Below are positions 54,467 through 64,000 of a stretch of 64,000 nt of DNA, in pieces. The stretch's first letter is position 1; each line of letters starts with the position of its first letter. The notes below the pieces were generated by a model, which saw nothing but the letters and a program-made list of their open reading frames with translations, made no database searches and was not told where the DNA came from. Made by a program: the position numbers and the translations under genes. Source of the stretch: Octopus vulgaris (lineage: Eukaryota); NCBI GenBank assembly GCA_951406725.2, contig OX597832.1, forward strand, positions 56,854,001-56,918,000. Direction: 5' to 3'.

Positions 54467-55169
54467 AAAGAAAATATATGTATATGTGTGTGTGTGCGTG
54501 AATTTATGTGTTTCTGTGTATGTATGTGTGTGTCAGAAAGAGGGAGAGAAAGAGAGAGAGAGAGAGAGAATGAGAGAGAAAGAGAAATAGGAGAGAATGT
54601 GTGTGTGTGTATATTTATGAAAGCCAAGAGAACAGGAGTCAAAGAAAATGGTAAAATCTGAGACAGTGCAAGTGTAAAGGAAATCGTATATCTCCTATAG
54701 TTGTCATGGTTTCTTAATACTTGCAAAAAGTCTAGCAATCTACCCAGACTCCAACCATGTGATGGTCGCGACACCCTCAACATAAATAAACAATATATAT
54801 AAACAATTATTTTCCTCTCAAAAGTACATTCCAGAATGGTATGCTGATGCCACAGATACTTTTGATTCTAAAGACAGGAATGCTGACTTTTGGCTACTGC
54901 AGGAAGCTTACATGTAAATAGGGGGTAGAGATGGGTAGATGAAGGTACCAGATAAATTCTTCAGGAAAAGAAAGAAAGTAAGGCTCTACAGATGGAAACT
55001 TGTTACTTGTTACAAACACAAGAACTGGAGAAAGAAGGAACTAGAATTATGCAATTAGTTGTATAGGAATGGTTCGTGAAAGACTGAAGAATTACAGCAT
55101 TTGGTACTGTTAAGATATCGGTAACTGTCAGAATGCTAAAGTTACAACTTTAGGGATCCTATCAAAATA

Positions 55170-55485
55170 CCGATCATCGTTACTACCACCACCACCACCA
55201 CCATCACCACCACTGCCATCACAACCACCACCGCCATCATCATCATCACAGCCACCATCCTCACCATCACAACCACCACCACCAAAACAACTACCACCAC
55301 CACCTTCATCATCATCATCATCACAGCCACCATCCTCACCATCACAACCACCACCACCACCACCACCACTACCATCATTATCATCACCATCACCATTACT
55401 ATCATCATCATCACTACCTCCACTATTACCACTCCTCTCACCACCACCACAACCGCCGCCGCTGCTGCCACCGTCACTACCACTG
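55170..55485. repeat. (CAC/CAT)n compound trinucleotide repeat
   Basis: Read directly from the sequence. Confidence 0.9.
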
Positions 55486-55600
55486 TAACTTAACGAGTAC
55501 CCAAATGTAATTATATTTCCCCAATGTGACTACCATCTTGCTACTGATGCTTTTAGACTGACACTCAAAGAATTTAGGATTTAAAAATGAAATGGAGAAG

Positions 55601-55647
<47 letters not shown>

Positions 55648-55650
55648 GTG

Positions 55651-55704
<54 letters not shown>

Positions 55705-56121
55705 TTCTGTTTCAAGTACTCCACATTGCATTATTTTTTTCTTCAGCAAACTTAATCACAACAGACAAATATAACAGCCACAGAAAAAGGAGGAAAGGTG
55801 ATAACCAAAGTTTGGGGAGTGGAATCTTCCATCAAAGAATGGAAAGTTCTGCTTGATATTTTAGTTCCTTTTCTCTGAGCTAAACCAATCTACCACTTTT
55901 ATTCCCTTTTTTTGTGTGTTTTTTTTGTTTTTGTTTTTTATCAAACCAAGTTTGGTTGTTGTTGTTTTTGTTGATCTTTTAGCAGAAAGCCAGCTCCATT
56001 TGAGCAGACATACAATCTACTGAGACTATCCTATCTTTTATTCAAATATGCTTTCCAACCAAATGGCTTTGGGTTCAGTCCCATGGTGAGCAACTTGGGT
56101 AAGCATCTTTTAGCCCTGGAA

Positions 56122-56807
56122 CAGTGGCGGCTTGTGTATAGGCACTGTGGAATTGCAGCACTGAATAACATTCTATATAATGAGTTCTTTGTTTCTTTAA
56201 TTCTTTCTTTATACTTGTACATTATATAATCCTTAAGCTTCATGTCAGTAGCCATCCCCTAGTTTATGAAAAAAATACAAAAATCCTTGTATAGAACTGT
56301 GTGCTTCACAGTTTCAGTGATGCAGTGTTTGGCTATTGTGCACATGCTCACATGTCTGAGATAGGAAGCTTCATGCTAGGGAGAGAGAGCACTGTCTTTC
56401 ACACAGTGCCGACCCTGGTGTGCTGGTGAAAGGTAGTGTTTCTTTTTGAGTCCACCTGTGTTGTGCTTAAAAATCAATTTATATTCTTGAATGTGATAAA
56501 GTGTAGAATTAGATTATAATTCTGCTTCCAGCAACAGTGTTGCTACCAGGATTTGAAAAATAGGGCAGATTCCCTTCACCCCCTTAGTTTTTGATTTAGT
56601 GAGGATTTTTGAAAAGCAAGGGGGAATTTACGGCAATGTTCAGTAAACAAATTAAGCACACTATCTGGCAGTGGCTAAAACGCAAACCAATCAAATTTAT
56701 GTATAATTTTTTTTATATGTTTGTTTCTATTTACACAATATTAAAACAATGACTAAAAATTTTCTGAAGCAGCACCCCCAACTAATTTTATCTACGAACC
56801 ACCACTG
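56122..56807. mobile_element. hAT-type non-autonomous element inserted in a family A SINE
   Basis: TIRs cagtggcggcttgt/acgaaccaccactg and a 7/8 TSD (ccctggaa/ccctggac). SINE halves resume on both sides. Confidence 0.75.
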
Positions 56808-57585
56808 CCCTGGACTGAACGAAGCCTTGTAAGTGGAAGAGTAGGTTTGGTAGACAGAAACTGAAAGAAACCTTTTTATTAAAACTTCCTATTGTCCCTT
56901 CTGAGGATATCCTCCACCACCATCTCCCTCTCTCTCTCTCTTTGTGACATAATCTTTCTCTTTATTTCTCTCTCTCTTTTTCTCTCCTCTCTGTTCCAAC
57001 TGGGGTAGCTAAGTATCACATCACCAAGAAGACACCTATCTCTATTCCGCTATTATAGTTTAACCTCTCATCACCTAACATAAAGTAACCTCCCTCAATA
57101 CTATTCTTGCTCCTGGACAAAGGGCCTCTGTCTTGCAAGTTACTTGGTGACCTCTCTGGTGCTGGTGCCACATATAAAGCCTCCCATTACACTCCTTTAA
57201 GTGTTAGGAAGGGCATCATCATGTTTAAGTGCAGTACTTATTCAATTGATATCTTTTGCCAAACTGCTAAGTCACAAGGAACATACACAAAGCAACACTG
57301 GTTGTCCAGCAGTGGAGGGACTAACACAAAGATATGGAAACCGTCACCCCACCTCCTGTACATACATACGGAGTTTGTCTGTCAAATCCACTCACAAGGC
57401 ATTGGTCAGCCTAAGACTATAGTAGAAGACACTTGCCCAAGGTGTCACATAATGACTGAACCCACAAGCTTATCATTAAATGAGTAAAATTAAAGATTAA
57501 TTAGTAATCTCAACACAGATCCCCACCATGCTATTTCACGTCCGCTTGTAACTCATCTCCAACATCAGGTACCAAAGGGTTCTCC

Positions 57586-57758
57586 ACTCCTGAAAGAGAA
57601 GCTCCCTTATGATACCTGTTGAAGCATTTTTACCATTTCATCATCATCATCATCATCATCATTTAGCGTCCGTTTTCCTAAATGATGATGATGATGATGA
57701 TGATGAAATGGTAAAAATGCTTCAACAGGTATCATAAGGGAGCTTCTTTTTCAGGAGT
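57586..57758. repeat. Near-perfect 81-bp-arm hairpin with an 11-nt loop
   Basis: 57586-57666 pairs with 57678-57758, with one mismatch. Confidence 0.95.
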
Positions 57759-58699
57759 CATTTCTGTCTTAGAATTCTAGTGATTATGTTCTTCAGACAA
57801 ATATATTGATCTCAAGTTTTGGCACAAGGCTAACAACTTTGGGGGAGGGGCAAGTCGATTACATCGACCCCAGAGTTCAATTGTTACTCATTTTATCGAC
57901 CCCGACATGATGAAAGACAAAGTTGATCATGGTAGAATTTCAAATCAGAATGTACAGACAGACAAAATGTCACTAAGCATTTTGCCCAGCAAATGGTTTT
58001 GGCAGCTTGCCGCCCTAAACTTCAGACAAATATGTTAAAAAGAAACTCTTCAATTGCATCCTTTAAAAAAAAAAAATGCTTTTGTTATTGAAATCTGTTG
58101 AGTAGTCGAACCTTGACCGTTTTTACAGAGAACAGTGCCAGCTAGAATTGCTGACTATGCTAACACAGCATCAGGCATTCGCTATTAGTATTACAGATTT
58201 CCTGAGAAACCACATGGTTTTAACATTTCTAAAGCCACATCAGAAGAATTTAGCTTTCATCTTGAGAACCAGCAGTGAGAACCTACTTCATTTTTGAAAT
58301 ACAATTCTCCGTAATTCTTAATGAGTTAGCAGGTCACTGCCAAAGGTCTGTTCGCTAATATAGCTGTGCCAAGATCAGGGAAATCTTTCCAGGCCATTAA
58401 TTGGCACCAGACATCCTTGGATTTAGGGAAATGAAATTAAGAAATGGTTCAGCTAAGAATCAAACCGGCATCACATCACACATTGAGTTGGTTCTTTGAT
58501 TCTTTGACAGGTGTCAAGGCATTATTGGACAGTGACCATACTGGGACGCAGGGATGAGCACTTTGTTCAGTCATTCCTTCCCAGAGTTTTGGCTCAATGG
58601 AATTCCCTTCCTGCAGACATCGACCAACAGAAATTCAAAACAAACATTTAATTTTACTAGTTTTGCAAAAGGTTTCAAAGCTCGTGGGCACCATCTCCA

Positions 58700-58715
58700 A
58701 CTCCTCCTCCTCCTC

Positions 58716-58746
<31 letters not shown>

Positions 58747-58766
58747 AACTACTACTACTACTTCTG

Positions 58767-58807
<41 letters not shown>

Positions 58808-58808
58808 G

Positions 58809-58840
<32 letters not shown>

Positions 58841-58844
58841 GCTG

Positions 58845-58888
<44 letters not shown>

Positions 58889-58889
58889 G

Positions 58890-58933
<44 letters not shown>

Positions 58934-58961
58934 GCTGCTGCTACTACTACCACTGCTGCTG

Positions 58962-59021
<60 letters not shown>

Positions 59022-59047
59022 ATAATAATAATAATAATAATAATAAT
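58700..59047. repeat. (CTA)n/(CTG)n/(TAA)n trinucleotide array
   Basis: Read directly from the sequence. It explains the poly-L, poly-S and poly-Y ORFs. Confidence 0.95.
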
Positions 59048-59297
59048 GGTTTCGAATTTTGGCATAAGGCCAGTAAATTCAGGTGAGAGATAAGTAAAAA
59101 AGCAGGAAAAATAATCCAGAATCCTTGTCCAGTACCAGATTGATCCCAAAATCTAATCAGTTCGTGAAAACAATACCTCTGCCTTTGCTAAGGTGGAGGT
59201 AATGATGATGATGATGGCTGCGATGGCAGCTTCGATGACGATGATGGCGATGATGAATTTAAAGAAATAAAAGTTAAAAATTTATTCTTTATTTCAG

Positions 59298-59325
59298 ATA
59301 TTCAATCCAATAGATTTAAATAATG
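59298..59325 (+). other. Candidate 28-nt micro-exon
   Basis: tttattctttatttcag acceptor and G|GTAAGT donor. The only open frame is IFNPIDLNN. Confidence 0.45.
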
Positions 59326-60032
59326 GTAAGTATTTCCTTTTCATTTTTGTCTCTTAATTTTCCTCATTATATAATGACAAAAAAAGTAATTAGATGTAAT
59401 TAGTATACATTCATATATCAGTTGTTATGACAAATTCTCAAATAGTTTTGCATTGACCCTCCAAGAAGTAATGTTAACTCAAAGATATATTTTCATTTTG
59501 AAATAAAGCAGCAGAGACAAATAAATAATGAAGTAAAACCAAAGTTAATTAACATCTATCTAATTCATTATTTATTCCTTCATTATAAGTTTCGTTTAAA
59601 CAATTTCTTGTTTGTTATGCCCAACAACACAAAGTTAGCCATTTCTAAATACGTCTGCTGAGAAATTACCAATATGTTAATTATTTATTAACACTGGCGC
59701 TGGTTTAGCGTGTGGTAAGAAGATTACTTCTGAACTTCATGATTCCTGTGAGTGGATTTGGTAGACAGAAACTGAAAGAAGCCCATCGTATAAATATGTA
59801 TGTCTTTGTGTCTGTCCCCTACCACCATTTGATAAATGGTGTTGGTATATTTACATCTCTGTAACTTATCAGTTTGGTAAAAGAGCCTGATAGAATAAGC
59901 ATCAGACTTTAAACAAAATAGAACATATATTGAGGTCGATTCCTTTGACCAAAATTCCTCAAGGCAGTGCTCCAGCATGGCCACAGTTCAATAACCAAAA
60001 CAAGTAAAAGATAAAAGATAAATTGAAAGATA

Positions 60033-60189
60033 CAGTTCTATATTGAAGAGATGAGGAATTATTTACATTTGACAGATATTTGTCCTCATCTTGTTTGTTT
60101 CAGCTGATATACCCTCCAGCCTTCATTAGGTGTCTTGGGGAAATTTCGAACCTGGGTTCTCATTCCTAAGGTATTTTTCAATATTGTTG

Positions 60190-60239
<50 letters not shown>

Positions 60240-60270
60240 GTTGTTGTTGTTATTATTATTATTAATAACA
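60033..60270 (-). mobile_element. Solo copy of the hammerhead-tailed SINE-like tail (degenerate core CTAATGA)
   Basis: Reverse complement of 46441-46622, followed by (ATT)n. Confidence 0.85.
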
Positions 60271-60284
60271 AGCGAGGAGTGAAG

Positions 60285-60665
60285 GGGGGTGTCCATGAAA
60301 TTCTTTGTCTGTCCACTTTGCATGTAATTTCTTTTGACCAGTTTGCAATAGGATAGGCTCTTGAGGAGGTACGCATCACGGCATTCATTCAAACAAGGTG
60401 CCCACTTAATTTGGGCTCTCCTCAGTGGTGTGTAGATGCTTAGCAGATCAGCTTCAAGGATACGCTTAAAGACTCAGTGAAGAGTTTGGAAATCAACCCC
60501 GACATCTGAGAAGCACAAGCATAAGACTGCCCATCTAATGAAACTGCACCAGCAGAGGTGCCACCTCCTACATGCATGCGTCAAACTGATCAACCATATC
60601 TAGATGCATGGTGTCTTGTCTTCTCCTACCATGTGACGTCCTTGGTGATCGTCAACAATGGCAGA
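60285..60665. pseudogene. RTE/BovB-like LINE 3' remnant with an inverted 5' part
   Basis: Minus strand 60285-60390 reads LKSLSYCKLVKRNYMQSGQTKNFMDTPL. Plus strand from ~60453 reads FKDTLKDSVKSLEINPDI*EAQA*DCP. Confidence 0.6.
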
Positions 60666-60689
60666 TCAACTAATGCAGGTGTAGAGTGG

Positions 60690-61235
60690 TATGATGTGTA
60701 ATGTAGTGTAGTGCAATCTGATGCAGTGCAGTGTGGTGCAATAAAGTGTGGAGCGATGTGGTTTGGTGCATTGCAGAGTGCAGTGCAGTTCGATGGAATG
60801 TACCTTGGGGTAGAGCAGTTTGTTACAGTGCACTTCAGTGTAGAGAAGTGCAGTTTGGTGTGGTACAGTTTGGTGCAGTACAGGTTGGTGAAGTGCACTT
60901 TGTTGCAGTACACTGCAGTATAGAGCAGTGCAGAGTGGTGGAGTATGGTCCAATACAGTTTGTTACACTGCACTTTGGTGCAGTACAGCTTCGTGCAGTG
61001 CCGTGTGGGGCAGTGCAATGCAGTGCAGAGCAGTGCAGAGTGGTGCATTATGGTCCAATGCTTCATGCAGTGCCATGTGGGGCAGTGCAATGCAGTGTAG
61101 AGCAGTGCAGTTTGTTGCAGTACAGCTTGGTGCAGTGCTGTGTGGAGCAGTGCAGTTTGTTGTAGTACAGCTTGGTGTTGTAGTACAGCTGTGTAGAGCA
61201 GTGCAGTTTGGTGAAGCATTTTGTGGTGTAGTGTT
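60690..61235. repeat. Degenerate pentamer-based (cagtg/cagtt/cagta) minisatellite
   Basis: 5-nt periodicity with 20-25-bp recurring blocks. Confidence 0.85.
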
Positions 61236-61708
61236 TCATAGCAAATACCATTGTGTGGTGTGTATATGTATGTATGTATGTATGTACGTATGGAAATTAC
61301 ATATTAAGTCTTTTACCTAATATGTTATGCGTTAAACTTATCCTCCAGGTCTATCTAATTGTACATTTGTTTGTCGTGTGTGTGTGTGTGTGTGTGTTTA
61401 GCAATTATATGTTAGCTTCACTACAACTCACACACGGACAGAAACAGACATATTCACGCATTTCAAAACAAAGTAACAAATGAATAAAACAAAACAAAAC
61501 AAAACTAACATCTGCATCATAACATTTCTACAGAAAGATATATCTCCCCCCCCCACACACACATAAACACACAGACACATATATATATACACACACATGC
61601 ACACATAAGTAATACATACATAGATGCACATAAATTTATAAATATATATACACAAACATATATATACATATACATATATAATACATATATATATATACAT
61701 ATATACAT

Positions 61709-61752
<44 letters not shown>

Positions 61753-61788
61753 TATATATATAAATACATATATATATATATATGTATG

Positions 61789-61889
<101 letters not shown>

Positions 61890-62310
61890 GCACAATATGT
61901 TAGAGAGAGAGAGAAGTGGAAATAGAAAGTTTAACAAAATATAAGAATAAAGCAGAGCTTTACTATTTCATGTCTCTCTTTGCATGTTTAAAAAAAAAGA
62001 GAAAAAGTCCTTTTCAAAACGTTTTTACAATCAAATGTTCTTGTTGAAGCCCAAAGGCTCCAGTAAAACTGTTTCATTCTGTGCATTTTTGAAATTGTTA
62101 GCTTTTCCAAATCTGTTTATATAATGTCATTTTGTTATAACACGATGTTTCTTAGATGCCTCATAATTTACAAGTATACACACACACACATATGCACACA
62201 TGTTGGAGACGAGGAGAAGGGCGCTAAGCCCACAACATTAGAAGCCCCCAAGATGAAATTTGTGAGGTTGAACGAGACCAATGCAGTTAGTAGCAACCCT
62301 GAACATAAGT

Positions 62311-62610
62311 CATCATCATCATCATCATCATCGTTTAGCGTCCGCTTTCCATGCTAGCATGGGTTGGACGGTTCAATTGGGGTCTGGGAAGCCAGAAGGC
62401 TGTGCCAGGCCCAGTCTGATTTGTCAATGTTTCTACGGCTGGATGCCCTTCCTAACACCAACCACTCCGAGAGTGTAGTGGGTGCTTTTTACGTCCCACT
62501 GGCACAGGTGCCAGACGAGGCTGGCAAACAGCCATGATCGGATGGTGCTTTTTACGTGCCACCGGAATGGAGGCCAGGCCAGGCTGGCAACAGTCATGGA
62601 TGGTGCTCTT
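62311..62610 (-). mobile_element. SINE family C with a (GAT)n RTE-like tail, representative copy. Others at ~1145-1335(+), 1500-1665, 16360-16510(+), 23030-23215, 34392-34790, 53760-54047(+)
   Basis: Shared gttggtgttaggaagggcatccagc...aacccatgctagcatggaaagcggacgctaaacgatgatg and internal ggtgctttttacgtgccacc repeats. Confidence 0.85.
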
Positions 62611-62977
62611 TAGGGTTAGTGGAGGATTGAAATTTGTTTAGGGAGTGCAACTACAGGTAAATAAATTTTTAACAGATAAGGTCGATATTTTTCAGACATA
62701 ATATCAAAACAAACACAAATAAAAAAATGGTTTCAAATTTTGGTACAAGGCCAGCAAGTCTGGAGGTGGTGGGGAATCAATTACATCAACCCCAGTACTT
62801 TACCGGTACTTATTTTATCAACCGTGAAAGGATGTAAAGCAAAGTTGACCTTGGCAGAATTTGAACTCAGAACATAAAAACGGACAAAATGCTGCTAAGC
62901 ATGTTATTTAGCTTGCTAACAGGTCTCTCAGATAGTTGCCTTAAATGATGATGATGATGATGATGATGATGATGTTG

Positions 62978-63015
<38 letters not shown>

Positions 63016-63019
<4 letters not shown>

Positions 63020-63586
63020 GCTTTCTAATCAATGTATCAATACCAGCAGATGACAACGTGTCTCTACAGTATAGGCACACACCAGAAAAGGTCACAGAAA
63101 ACGAGAAAGCAACCATACTCTGGGATATGCCAATACACAAAGATAGAGAAATTAAGGCCAACAGACCACATATAGTTGTCAGAGATCATGAAGAAAAAAA
63201 ATGCTTTCTAATTGATGTATCAATACCAGCAGATGACAACGTTTCACTAAATGAAACGGAGAAACTTTCAAAATACAAAGACCTGGAAATAGAGGTAACT
63301 CGAATAGGGAATCTAAAAAGAGAAACAATTCCTATCACAGTAGATGCATTAGGTATGATAAAAAAATATTCAGACAAATACATAAGAAAAACACCAGGAC
63401 TTACAAATAGATATAACATACAGAAAATTGCACTACTGGGCACTGCACACATCCTATGCAAAACAATTTCAATACAGAAACCATAAGAGCATCACAAGAA
63501 ATCACAGCACATACCCAAGACACACAGAGCTGCACTCGGTAGTGAAGTGAAAGCATGCTATAAAAATAAGACTACTGAATAATAAT
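63016..63586 (+). mobile_element. 5'-truncated RLE-type non-LTR retrotransposon (Dong/R4-like): restriction-like endonuclease domain plus 3' UTR
   Basis: PEKVTENEKATILWDMPIHKDREIKANRPHIVV...CFLIDVSIPAD...EKLSKYKDL...IPITVDALG. It ends in (AAT) and sits in an (AAT)n tract. Confidence 0.88.
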
Positions 63587-63888
63587 GAGGAGGGGGAGGA
63601 GGTGGTGGCGGAAGAGGAGGAGGAGGAGGAAGATCCTTTCTACTATGGGCACAAGGCCTGAAAATTTTGTGAGGAGGAGACTAGTCGATTACATCGACCC
63701 CCAGTATTTCACTGGTACTTAATTTATCGACCTCAAAAGGATGAAATGCAAAGCCGACCTTGACGGAATTTGAACTCGGGATGTAAGTGGCAGATGAAAT
63801 ACCGCTAAGCATTTCACCCAGTGTGCTAATGATTCTCCCAGTTGCCACCTTAATAATAATGATAATGATAATAATAATAATGATGATG

Positions 63889-63923
<35 letters not shown>

Positions 63924-64000
63924 TAATAATAATAATAATAATAATGATAATAATTCCTATTATTATTATTATTATTATTATGATTATTATTATTATTATC

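Noticed and set aside
58554-59149. Poly-Leu, poly-Ser and poly-Tyr ORFs
   Set aside because: They come from the (CTA)n trinucleotide array.
60626-61320. Cys/His-rich 197-aa ORF resembling a metal-binding protein
   Set aside because: A pentamer-periodic minisatellite that is open in several frames on both strands, with no coding signature.

Overview
AT-rich, gene-poor eukaryotic DNA. The SINE and microsatellite landscape is most consistent with an octopod cephalopod, but this is an inference. No intact protein-coding gene is recognisable, and nearly all listed ORFs are translations of (TA)n, (CA)n, (AAT)n or (TATG)n microsatellites. The window holds dozens of tRNA-derived SINE copies from several families, 3' fragments of RTE, CR1 and RLE (Dong/R4-like) LINEs, a mariner remnant, hAT, Tc1 and piggyBac-like MITEs, Helentron-like HINEs and minisatellites. 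It also holds a young, 5'-truncated Penelope-like (Neptune-type) retroelement whose GIY-YIG frame lies between ~755-bp inverted pseudo-LTRs. The most interesting signal is a set of small non-coding repeats carrying type I hammerhead-ribozyme motifs: (i) a tRNA-headed SINE-like element with a Penelope-type minimal hammerhead tail, with 5 copies, 4 of them in two divergent inverted pairs; (ii) a two-module X-(TA)n-Y unit with a hammerhead motif in each module, present twice and resembling a retrozyme; (iii) a solitary, near-canonical hammerhead at 21857-21899. Two candidate recursive (AG|GT) splice sites on the minus strand and several micro-exon candidates suggest the window lies in one or more very long introns. 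Everything was read by eye, so repeat boundaries are approximate.
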